Below the pieces are notes generated by a model, which was not told where the DNA came from, searched no databases, and worked only from the letters and a program-made list of their open reading frames with translations. A stretch of DNA of 64,000 nt from an uncultured Desulfobacterales bacterium (GTDB lineage: Bacteria > Desulfobacterota > DSM-4660 > Desulfatiglandales > HGW-15), in NCBI GenBank assembly GCA_964443135.1, contig CAYUBQ010000002.1, positions 10,888-74,887 on the forward strand, read 5' to 3'. The translations under genes were made by a program, and so were the position numbers. This document shows, piece by piece, positions 8,912 to 16,686 of the stretch (positions are counted from its first letter, which is position 1; the number at the start of each line of letters is the position of its first letter).

Positions 8912-10003
8912 CGGGGACGGGGATAAATTCATTACTTGACAGGCCGATCCGGGGTTTGCTAAGAACGATCATGCCCAGAAAATCACGCATTGACACGCCG
9001 GAGGCGCTTCATTTCATCACCGTACGGGGCATCGAGGGCAGAAGGACTTTCCGGGACGACGCGGACCGGGTCAACTTCCGTGATCGACTTGCGCGGATCG
9101 TCACCGACACGAACACGACCTGCTTTGCCTGGGCCCTGATGCCGGACCACGCGCACCTGCTTCTGAGGACCCGGCACGGATCCCTCGCCATGGTGATGCG
9201 ACGGCTGCTCACAGGGTACGCCATCACGCACAACCGGCGGCACGGCCGCCACGGCCCCGTGTTCCTGGATCGCTACCGCTCCGTTCTCTGTCAGGAGGAG
9301 CGCTACCTCGTCGAGCTCGTCCGCTACATCCACCTCAACCCTCTCCGCGCCGGGGTCGTCCCGGACCCGGGTCGACTGGAGACCTACGCCTATGCCGGGC
9401 ACGGTGCCCTGGCCGGCCGGCTGGACTGCCCCTGGCAGGAGGTGCGGACGGTCCTCTCCCGGTTCGGCGAGCGGTCCGAAACGGCCCGCAGGGCCTACCT
9501 CTCCTACGTGCAGGAGGGGGTCTCCCTGGGTCGACGACCGAACCTGACCGGCGGCGGGCTCGTGCGCAGCCTCGGCGGCTGGGAGCAGGTCAGGGAGAGC
9601 CGGCGACGGGGGGAGAGCCCCCAGGGCGACGAGCGGATCCTGGGAGATCCGGACTTCGTCCGGAACGTGCTCGACCGGGCCGGGGAGCGGCTCCACCCCA
9701 GGGACGCCCTGAGCCGGGGGGGAATGGACCTCGCCCGTCTCGCGGAGCGGGCTGCGGAGGCGTTCGGCGTGACGCCGGAGGAGCTGCTCCGCCCGGGCAA
9801 GTACCCGAAGACCGTGAAGGCCCGAAGCGTTTTCTGCTACTGGGCCGTCCGCAAGCTCGGGTACACGGCCACGGGGCTGGCCGGGCGGCTCGGGCTGACC
9901 CAGCCCGCCGTGAGCATCTCGGTCCGCCGTGGGCGGAAGCTCGCACAGGAGTTGAAACTGGGAATCGGGTGAGGACCTTTTTATGAATTCATTCCCGTCC
10001 CCG
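8912..10003 (+). mobile_element. RAYT cassette: tyrosine (HUH) transposase gene bracketed by 21-bp imperfect inverted repeats
   Basis: The left repeat is CGGGGACGGGGATAAATTCAT (8912-8932). The right repeat is ATGAATTCATTCCCGTCCCCG (9983-10003), whose reverse complement CGGGGACGGGAATGAATTCAT matches 19/21. Both flank the gene and its own TTGACA-N18-TAAGAA promoter-like site. Confidence 0.6.
8971..9972 (+). CDS. REP-associated tyrosine transposase (IS200/IS605-type Y1/HUH fold) fused to a DnaA-domain-IV-like C-terminal HTH
   Basis: HUH motif MPDHAHLLL and catalytic-Tyr motif LVRYIHLNPLRAGVV. C-terminal KARSVFCYWAVRKLGYTATGLAGRLGLTQPAVSISVRRG resembles the DnaA C-terminal DNA-binding domain. 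Start at ATG 8971 inside track ORF 8677..9972. Confidence 0.85.
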   Translation: MPRKSRIDTPEALHFITVRGIEGRRTFRDDADRVNFRDRLARIVTDTNTTCFAWALMPDHAHLLLRTRHGSLAMVMRRLLTGYAITHNRRHGRHGPVFLDRYRSVLCQEERYLVELVRYIHLNPLRAGVVPDPGRLETYAYAGHGALAGRLDCPWQEVRTVLSRFGERSETARRAYLSYVQEGVSLGRRPNLTGGGLVRSLGGWEQVRESRRRGESPQGDERILGDPDFVRNVLDRAGERLHPRDALSRGGMDLARLAERAAEAFGVTPEELLRPGKYPKTVKARSVFCYWAVRKLGYTATGLAGRLGLTQPAVSISVRRGRKLAQELKLGIG

Positions 10004-10017
10004 AACCGTGTTTGCGG

Positions 10018-10046
10018 TTGACCTGCCCTTTTCGGTCCTTTATACT
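10018..10046 (+). promoter_or_regulatory. sigma70-type promoter candidate for the MltD-like gene (TTGACC-N17-TATACT)
   Basis: Hexamers at 10018-10023 and 10041-10046. Confidence 0.45.
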
Positions 10047-10098
10047 CCGCCGTCAAGCGGGGCAAACGCAACACATTGACAAAAAAAGGAGAAATCAC

Positions 10099-11949
10099 GT
10101 GAAAAACCGTCCGTTCGTCCCCTGGACCTTCGCAGCCGTGTTGGCCCTGTTTCTCGCCCTGAACACCGGGTGCGTGAGACCGCGGCCCGCCCAGGACCTG
10201 ACGGCCGCCCCGCCGGCCGTTGCGGAACCCGAAACGCAACCGCCCGTGCGCGGGGACTCCCACGAAAAAGCGCCCCTGCCGCGACTCGAGGATCAACCGG
10301 CCGGACCCACCCGGCTAGACACCCTCGATGCGGTGGCAGCGGACGAGGGTCACACCGATGCCGGCGGTTCCAGGGCCCGGGAATCCATCGCCGACGGCGA
10401 GCTCACCAACCAGGAGCGCCTCGACTCGGCCATGGAGTTCTACCAGGCCTCGAGCGACTTCTGGGAGCAGGGCGATCTGGACAATGCCATGGGGGCCCTG
10501 GACAAGGCCTACTCCCTCATTCTCCGGGTGAAACCGGACGCCGATCCGGAGCTTCTCCAGCAGAAGGAGGACCTCCGCATCACCATCTCGCGCCGCATCG
10601 TCGAGGTCTACTCCTCCCGGTTCACTGTGGCCAACGGCAACCACATGGCCATCCCCCTGGTCATGAACGACGAGGTGGAAAAGGCCCTGAAGCTCTTCAA
10701 GGGCTCCCACCGGAAGTTCTTTCTGGAGTCCTATCGCCGCTCGGGCCTGTACCGTCCCATGATCCTGGAGGCCCTCAACGAGGCCGGGCTCCCCGAGGAG
10801 CTCTCCTGGCTGCCGCTGATCGAGAGCGGGTACAAGGTGCGCGCCCTCTCCCGGGCCAGGGCCCTGGGGCTGTGGCAGTTCATCGCCTCCACGGGATACA
10901 AGTTCGGGCTCAAGCGGGATCAGTGGATCGACGAGCGGATGGATCCGGACAAGGCCACCCTGGCCGCCATCGGCTACCTCAAGGAGCTGCACCAGATCTT
11001 CGGGGAGTGGACCACCGTCCTGGCCGCGTACAACTGCGGCGAGCGCCGGGTCCTCAACCGGATCAAGGCCCAGAAGATCCAGTACCTGGACGACTTCTGG
11101 GACCTGTACCGGAGGCTCCCACGGGAGACCGCCTTCTACGTGCCCAAGTTCCTGGCCGTGCTCCACATCGTGAAAAACCCCGAGGCCCACGGCTTCGACC
11201 TCCCGGAGGTTTACTCCCCCCGGCCCGTGGACGTGGTGGGGGTCGACAAGCAGATCCACCTCAAGACCATCGCCCAGCACCTCGACATGAGCTACGGCCT
11301 GCTGCGCGAGATGAACCCCGAGCTGCGACAGTACCTGACGCCGGAGGGTCCTTACACCCTCAAGGTGCCGGAAGGCAAGGGCGACGTCCTCGTGGCCAAG
11401 CTGGGGGACATCCCGGCGTGGAGCCGGCCGCAGCCCACCCACGTGGTGCATACCGTACGCAAGGGGCAGACCCTCTCGGGGATCGCCAGTCGCTACGGAA
11501 CGTCGGTCCGCGCCGTCATGAACATGAACGGGCTTCGCAGCAAGAACTACGTGAAGGTGGGCTGGCGCCTCAAGGTCCCGACCCGGGGAGGCACCGCCGC
11601 CGTGGCCGCAGCCTACTCCAAGAAGGGCGGCCTCACCACCTACCGCGTCCGGAAGGGGGACTCCCTCTGGAAGATCGCCAAGCGGTTCTCCACCACCACC
11701 GGGGCCATCCAGAGCGTCAACGGGCTCCGGACCACCCGGCTTCAGATCGGCCAGACGCTCAAGGTCCCGGCGGGCAGCAGCACGGGGTCCTCGGCCACCG
11801 TCCGCACCTATCGGGTCAAGCGCGGGGACTCACCCTACCTGATCGCCCGGAGACACCGGATGGAGCTCTCCGACTTCCTCAAGGTCAACCGCCTCACGCC
11901 CACGAGCACCATCTACCCCGGCCAGGTCGTGAAGGTCACTTCCCACTAG
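10099..11949 (+). CDS. MltD-like lytic transglycosylase lipoprotein with three C-terminal LysM domains
   Basis: Lipobox LALNTGC. SLT core LSWLPLIESGYKVRALSRARALGLWQFIASTG. Three LysM repeats (HTVRKGQTLSGIASRY, YRVRKGDSLWKIAKRF, YRVKRGDSPYLIARRH). GTG 10099 start with AGGAG upstream. Confidence 0.88.
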   Translation: MKNRPFVPWTFAAVLALFLALNTGCVRPRPAQDLTAAPPAVAEPETQPPVRGDSHEKAPLPRLEDQPAGPTRLDTLDAVAADEGHTDAGGSRARESIADGELTNQERLDSAMEFYQASSDFWEQGDLDNAMGALDKAYSLILRVKPDADPELLQQKEDLRITISRRIVEVYSSRFTVANGNHMAIPLVMNDEVEKALKLFKGSHRKFFLESYRRSGLYRPMILEALNEAGLPEELSWLPLIESGYKVRALSRARALGLWQFIASTGYKFGLKRDQWIDERMDPDKATLAAIGYLKELHQIFGEWTTVLAAYNCGERRVLNRIKAQKIQYLDDFWDLYRRLPRETAFYVPKFLAVLHIVKNPEAHGFDLPEVYSPRPVDVVGVDKQIHLKTIAQHLDMSYGLLREMNPELRQYLTPEGPYTLKVPEGKGDVLVAKLGDIPAWSRPQPTHVVHTVRKGQTLSGIASRYGTSVRAVMNMNGLRSKNYVKVGWRLKVPTRGGTAAVAAAYSKKGGLTTYRVRKGDSLWKIAKRFSTTTGAIQSVNGLRTTRLQIGQTLKVPAGSSTGSSATVRTYRVKRGDSPYLIARRHRMELSDFLKVNRLTPTSTIYPGQVVKVTSH

Positions 11950-11950
11950 C

Positions 11951-11986
11951 CGCCGCCGGAGCAGACACTGCGGCGCCGTTTGTTTG
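11951..11986 (+). terminator. possible intrinsic terminator after the MltD-like gene
   Basis: CGCCGC (11951-11956) pairs with GCGGCG (11970-11975), followed by CCGTTTGTTTG. The stem is short and the loop long, so this is weak. Confidence 0.3.
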
Positions 11987-11987
11987 A

Positions 11988-12070
11988 GATCCGGGGACAC
12001 CATACTTATTTCGTTCGCCCCTCGAGGGCAATGGACTCATCCCATGAAATAAGTATGGTGTCCCCGGATC
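11988..12070. repeat. perfect 25-bp inverted repeat (GATCCGGGGACACCATACTTATTTC) with a 33-nt spacer, between convergent genes
   Basis: The left arm at 11988-12012 equals the reverse complement of the right arm at 12046-12070. The spacer contains the 10-nt palindrome CCCTCGAGGG. Confidence 0.9.
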
Positions 12071-12085
12071 TTGTCCCCGGATCTT
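12060..12085. repeat. 13-nt tandem duplication GTCCCCGGATCTT x2 at the right edge of the inverted repeat
   Basis: 12060-12072 and 12073-12085 are identical. The second copy overlaps the MATE stop codon (12084-12086). Confidence 0.85.
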
Positions 12086-13499
12086 ACCGCTGCTCCCCTT
12101 CCTCGAAAGCCCGGTTCAGGATGCGCCGGGCGTAGACCGCGGTGAAGAGCGCCGCCGCCCAAGTGATGCCGAAGATCCCCCACCAGATCCCCAGGAGACC
12201 CGTGCCGACGGCGTGGACCAGGACGCCGAACACGGCCGCGGGCAGGACGATCTGCCTCGCCAGCCCGATCCAGATGGCGAAGAACGGGCGCTTGATTCCC
12301 TGGAGCGCGGCCACGTGCACGAAGAGCACCACGTAGGCGTAGAGGACCAGGGCGTCGATCCGGAGGTACACGGCTCCGATCTCCACCACGGTGGGGTCGT
12401 CCGTGAAGATCCCCATGAGGGGCCGGGCCAGGAGGAAGACGCCGGCCATTCCGCCGGCCATGACCACGGCGCCGTAGACGAGGGAGGTTCGAAGCGCTTC
12501 CCGGACCCGGCCGTGGAGCCGGGCCCCGTTGTTCTGCGCCACCAGGGCCAGGGTGGCCGTGTTGAGGCCGATGGTGGGGATGAGCACGATCTGCTCCACG
12601 CGCATGGCGGAGCCGTAGGCCGCCACGGCCTTCTCCCCGAAGACGCTCACGAAATAGGTGATCACGAAGATCCCGATCCCCACGGTGAGGAGGTTCACCA
12701 TGGCCGGGAACCCCTGCCGCAGGATCTCGCCCAGGGCCTCCCGGCCGGGAACGGCGTCCCGGGGACCCAGGCACGCCAGGATCCCGGTGCGCGCCACTTG
12801 CCGGCCCAGGTAGGCGCACCCGATCACCTGGATGAGCACCGTGGCGAGGGCGATCCCGGCGATGCCCATGCCCGGCACGCCCAGCCCCCCGTAAACGAAC
12901 CAAGGGTCCAGCCCCACGTTCAGAACGAACCCGACGATGAGAAAGTTCCGGAAGGAGCGGGTGTCCCCCAGCGCGTACAGGACCGCGTTGAGCATGTAGA
13001 CCATCACGAAAAAGACCGAACCCAGAAAGATGATGTGCATGTAGACGAGGCAGGTGTCCAGGTAGTCCCCGGAGGCCCCCAGTGCGGTGAAGAGGAAGGG
13101 CGAGGCGGCGAGGCCGAAGGCGGTGAGCCCGGCCGAGATCCCCAGCCCCACACCGAGTGCCTTCAAGGCCATCCGGCCGGCCTTGTCGCGGTCGCCCTCG
13201 CCGAAGGCGTTTCCGATGAGGGCCGTGGCCCCCGTGCCGAAGCCCGATCCCGCGGCGATGATGATGAAGAAGACGGGCAGGGAGAGGCTCAAGGCGGCCA
13301 GGGCGCGGGTGGAGATGAGCCCGGCAAAGACCGTGTCCACCACGTTGTACATGGTGCTGAAAAAGAGCCCCACGCTCGCCGGCACGGCCAGCCGCCGCAC
13401 CAGCAGGGGAACGGGAAGAGAGGTGAGGTCCCCGAATCGCGGGGCTCCGGGAGTGGGACGGGCGGCCCGGGCCTCGCATGGACGGGCTTCCCCGGTCAT
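12084..13499 (-). CDS. MATE family efflux transporter
   Basis: 12-TM profile with N-terminal ...LLVRRLAVPASVGLFFSTMYNVVDTVFAGLIS, typical of MATE/NorM proteins. Confidence 0.88.
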   Translation of the reverse strand: MTGEARPCEARAARPTPGAPRFGDLTSLPVPLLVRRLAVPASVGLFFSTMYNVVDTVFAGLISTRALAALSLSLPVFFIIIAAGSGFGTGATALIGNAFGEGDRDKAGRMALKALGVGLGISAGLTAFGLAASPFLFTALGASGDYLDTCLVYMHIIFLGSVFFVMVYMLNAVLYALGDTRSFRNFLIVGFVLNVGLDPWFVYGGLGVPGMGIAGIALATVLIQVIGCAYLGRQVARTGILACLGPRDAVPGREALGEILRQGFPAMVNLLTVGIGIFVITYFVSVFGEKAVAAYGSAMRVEQIVLIPTIGLNTATLALVAQNNGARLHGRVREALRTSLVYGAVVMAGGMAGVFLLARPLMGIFTDDPTVVEIGAVYLRIDALVLYAYVVLFVHVAALQGIKRPFFAIWIGLARQIVLPAAVFGVLVHAVGTGLLGIWWGIFGITWAAALFTAVYARRILNRAFEEGEQR

Positions 13500-13512
13500 C
13501 CGCAGGCCCGGA

Positions 13513-13842
13513 TCAGTCCTTGTCCCTGCTCAGGTAGTCTCCGAGCAGGCCGCGGCTGTGCTCGTCCTCGTGGCAGTAGACGCACAGGTTCTCCCAGTTG
13601 GAGCCGTCCCGCGGGTTGTTGTGGTGGTTTCCGTCCTTGTGGTGGACGGTGAGGAGGTGGCGGTCGGCGTGATCGAACTCCCGCCCGCACTTGGCGCAGA
13701 TCAGGCCGTGGATCCGGAGCGACGCCTCGCGGTAGTCCACGGTTTTGGGGGCGGTCTCTCCGCGGAGCCTGCGCACCGCCTCGTCCACGTCCTCGGGTCG
13801 GATCCGCCTGGACCCCTTGCGCCTCGGCCGGTCATCCCTCAT
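13513..13842 (-). CDS. yajD: YajD-family HNH nuclease
   Basis: GLICAKCGREF...LTVHHKDGNHHNNPRDGSNWENLCVYCHEDEH, the YajD HNH signature. Confidence 0.85.
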   Translation of the reverse strand: MRDDRPRRKGSRRIRPEDVDEAVRRLRGETAPKTVDYREASLRIHGLICAKCGREFDHADRHLLTVHHKDGNHHNNPRDGSNWENLCVYCHEDEHSRGLLGDYLSRDKD

Positions 13843-13945
13843 GGAACGGTCCCCCTTTCCCCCGGTATCCTCCCGGTTCCGGACTTTTTGCGTATCATAC
13901 CTCGCCCGGGGGGGTTTGAAAAGGGGAACGGGGCGGCATGCCGGT

Positions 13946-15547
13946 CTAGGCGAGCCAGACCGACTCCAGGTGGCTCCCGTGAAACTCCACCACCATCCGG
14001 GGCCGGTTCCTCCCCAGGTCCCACGGCACGAAGCAGGCGAGGTGATCCAGGAGGTCGCGCTCGCCGGGCCCCACCCGCGGCTCGACCGCTTCCAGGGCCT
14101 CGCGGACCGTGGCCAGGATGAGCCGGTCGCCCTGAACGGCCGCGTTCACGGCCCGCAGGTGGTTTGCGGTCTGGAGCTGCTCCACCGCCTCTTCCCAGTG
14201 GACCCCTTCCACCTTGCGCCGCAGCACGTATCCGTTCCCGCGGTCGCGGACGGCCAGGACCGGGGGGTTGACGAGAAGGCGGGCGTTTCGCGCCCGAACC
14301 CCGGCGGTCGAGCGGGCGAGCCGCTCGAGCAGCGCCTTCTCCCGCCGGATCCGGTCCAGCTGCCTGGCCTGCACCCGTTCGAAGATGAAGAGCTCGCCGT
14401 CCAGGGTCAGCTCCTTGAGCCGGGTGGGGTCGAACCCCAGGTCCAGGAAGTCCCCGATGGTGAGGGCATCCTGGAGGGTGGCCCCGCGCGCCTCGAGCCA
14501 GGACCCCAGGGCCGGCCTCGCGTAGTTGGGGAGAGCCTCGATGGTCCGGGCCGGGTTGCGCTCGAGCTCCTCGGGAAGCCTCAGGATGAGGGGGCGATCC
14601 CCGAAGACCAGCTCCGGCTCCGAAGCGAGCTCCGGAGGTGCGTAGGACTTGGTCTTGAGGGAGAGCACGGCCGGGTCCAGGACGATCTGCTCCAGGGAGT
14701 CCCCGCCCGTGTACCCGAGCAGGCCGGCGATCCTTCGGCGGAACCCGATCAGCTTGGTGACGTAGCGGGTGAACATGAACCGCATGAGGGATGTGATGCG
14801 GCCCTCGGTCAGCTCCCGGTCGAAGTAGGTGAGAAGCGCCGCGTACAGGTCGCGGAACTCCGCGATGGTGTGCTTGACCATCTCCTCGTTGTCCCGCATG
14901 TCGATGGCCGCCCTCTTGCGGGTCAGGTGGTGCATCACCCGCAGGACCGGCTCCTTGAGATTCCGGTCCCGGAAACGGGACGGGACGTAGATCATGAAGT
15001 TTCCGGTCCCCTCCGGGCCCGCGTCCCCCAGGATCGCCTCCAGGGGCTCCCAGGCCTGCTTGGTGTAGATCGTGTAGGTGGGGTCCTCGGGCGAGATGAT
15101 GTTGTCCAGGAGCCCCACGGCGGCTTTTTCCTGGAGGAACCGGCGGAAGTGCTCCAGCACCAGACCTCCCAGGCCCTTGCGCCGGAAAGGCGCCGCCACC
15201 TCCACGTAAACCAGGTAGTAGCAGGGAAGCGGTTTCTTGAGGTAGAGCATGTTGAGGCGGCCCAGGTTCTCCCCGGTCTCCCCGTTGATCTCGAGGACCC
15301 CGAAGCCGTTCCGGCTGTTCTCGGGCCTGAGCGGGTGGACGCGGGCCCCGGAGACGGTTCGCTCCACCAGTCCCCAGAGGTTGTCGAAGAGATCGGCCAC
15401 CGCGGGGGACCCCTCGATCCCGGACCGCGCTCCCTCGTCGATGAGTCCGATCAATCCGAGACGCTCGTGGAGCTTGAGCCCCGGAGACGCTGTCGCCTCT
15501 TCCCCGTCCTTCAGCCCCTTCCCGGCTGCATCCGTACCGTCCGGCAT
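13946..15547 (-). CDS. hypothetical 533-aa protein: N-terminal GNAT-like acetyltransferase fold plus ~380-aa domain of unknown function
   Basis: YLVYVEVAAPFRRKGLGGLVLEHFRRFL fits the GNAT acetyl-CoA motif A (R/Q-x-x-G-x-G/A). I recognise nothing in the rest. Start at MPDGTD (complement of 15545-15547). Confidence 0.6.
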   Translation of the reverse strand: MPDGTDAAGKGLKDGEEATASPGLKLHERLGLIGLIDEGARSGIEGSPAVADLFDNLWGLVERTVSGARVHPLRPENSRNGFGVLEINGETGENLGRLNMLYLKKPLPCYYLVYVEVAAPFRRKGLGGLVLEHFRRFLQEKAAVGLLDNIISPEDPTYTIYTKQAWEPLEAILGDAGPEGTGNFMIYVPSRFRDRNLKEPVLRVMHHLTRKRAAIDMRDNEEMVKHTIAEFRDLYAALLTYFDRELTEGRITSLMRFMFTRYVTKLIGFRRRIAGLLGYTGGDSLEQIVLDPAVLSLKTKSYAPPELASEPELVFGDRPLILRLPEELERNPARTIEALPNYARPALGSWLEARGATLQDALTIGDFLDLGFDPTRLKELTLDGELFIFERVQARQLDRIRREKALLERLARSTAGVRARNARLLVNPPVLAVRDRGNGYVLRRKVEGVHWEEAVEQLQTANHLRAVNAAVQGDRLILATVREALEAVEPRVGPGERDLLDHLACFVPWDLGRNRPRMVVEFHGSHLESVWLA

Positions 15548-15578
15548 GGGTCCTCTCCCTCGAAACCGACTGCGCGCC

Positions 15579-15614
15579 AAAAAAAAAGAGGCGGAGCCTG
15601 TGTGCTCCGCCTCT
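15579..15614 (-). terminator. strong Rho-independent terminator (minus strand)
   Basis: The minus strand reads AGAGGCGGAGC-ACACAG-GCTCCGCCTCT followed by T9, an 11-bp GC-rich stem with a poly-U tail. Confidence 0.8.
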
Positions 15615-15750
15615 TTCTGTTTCCCGTTGTGTTCAGTCGGGCTTTTGCACACACCTAGGCCATCCGGGTCCCCCGGTAAAGTAGATAAAATAAAAGCCCG
15701 GTGCGTGTGCGCGCATCATGATGGGTGTCGAATCTCCTGCTGCAAAACGT
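15579..15750 (-). ncRNA. candidate ~170-nt small RNA (or small-protein mRNA) between its own promoter and terminator
   Basis: Bounded by an A-tract + TTGACA-N18-TAACAT promoter and the terminator above. Contains an internal CGGGCUUUU...AAAAGCCCG long-range stem and a CCGGG/CCCGG hairpin. Family not recognised. Confidence 0.35.
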
Positions 15751-15756
15751 GAGCGA

Positions 15757-15786
15757 ATGTTAGGCCAACCCGGGAACGCCTGTCAA
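15757..15786 (-). promoter_or_regulatory. sigma70-type promoter candidate (TTGACA-N18-TAACAT, minus strand) with upstream A8 tract
   Basis: -35 is the complement of 15781-15786 and -10 is the complement of 15757-15762. A UP-element-like A-run is the complement of 15791-15798. Confidence 0.45.
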
Positions 15787-15829
15787 CGGATTTTTTTTCG
15801 TCGCCTCTCGAACGCACCGCGGCTGCGGT

Positions 15830-16228
15830 TCATCCCAGGTCCGCCCGGTAGACCCGCTGCAGGAAGGTCTTGTATGCCTCCCAGTTGTTGAACACGTTCC
15901 TCGGGTCCTCGAACACCGTCTCGTAGGAGACGACCATCTCGTCGAACGCCGTGTAACGGGAGGGGACCCGGTCCAGCATCCGGTCCCAGGCCAGGGCCTC
16001 CAGGTAGTTGGCCACCGCCTCGGGACGCATCTCCTCCAGGCGAACCGGGCCTTCCCGGACGGCCCGGACGAAGACGTCGGCCCCCGCTCTGCCGCACTCC
16101 ACCGCCTCCACGAGCGCCTCCCGCGACCCGTAGGGGCCGAGGGGCCGGGCTTCGTCACCGGGCCGCGGCGCCCCGCCGCACCCGGCGATCAGCAGAACGG
16201 CCAGGACCATGACCGAGGCTCGTCCCAT
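15830..16228 (-). CDS. hypothetical lipoprotein
   Basis: MGRASVMVLAVLLIAGCGG lipobox, with AAGGGAG 7 nt upstream of the ATG. No recognised family. Confidence 0.6.
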   Translation of the reverse strand: MGRASVMVLAVLLIAGCGGAPRPGDEARPLGPYGSREALVEAVECGRAGADVFVRAVREGPVRLEEMRPEAVANYLEALAWDRMLDRVPSRYTAFDEMVVSYETVFEDPRNVFNNWEAYKTFLQRVYRADLG

Positions 16229-16287
16229 GCGCCCGCTCCCTTTCTCCCCGCTCCTCACGGACCTCGACCGAAGGGGGGGAGGAAAGC

Positions 16288-16521
16288 TCAGTCGTCGTTC
16301 GGCTCCACCCAGACGATCTGGTTCTTGTTCACGATGAGGACCTTGCCGGATCCGTCGCGGGTTTCCACGTCCGTCATCACCACGAAGGGCGAGTCCGAAC
16401 GGGTGAAGAGCTCCGAGACCCGGTCTTTGATGCCGATGTTGACCTGGCCTGTCAGGGTCGAACCGTCAGTGGTCTTGACGGTGACCCCCCTGTACTCCTT
16501 CCTGTAGCTGTCCGTCGCCAT
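16288..16521 (-). CDS. small hypothetical protein (77 aa), beta-rich, Sm/PilZ-like pattern
   Basis: MATDSYRKEYRGVTVKTTDGSTLTGQVNIGIKDRVSELFT...GKVLIVNKNQIVWVEPNDD, with GAGGAG upstream of the ATG (complement of 16519-16521). Confidence 0.55.
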   Translation of the reverse strand: MATDSYRKEYRGVTVKTTDGSTLTGQVNIGIKDRVSELFTRSDSPFVVMTDVETRDGSGKVLIVNKNQIVWVEPNDD

Positions 16522-16686
16522 GGGGTGACTCTCCTCTGATGCCGGCCGGCACATCGGGGCGTCCCGGCTTCCGCCCGGACCGGAGTTCCAGGCCCCGGTC
16601 GGGGGCTTCTTCGCCGTTCGAACCGCTGCCAGGGTGCCGAGTATAGAGCAAATCGTCCCGGCGCGCAAGTCGGCGCCCGGAAGGGC

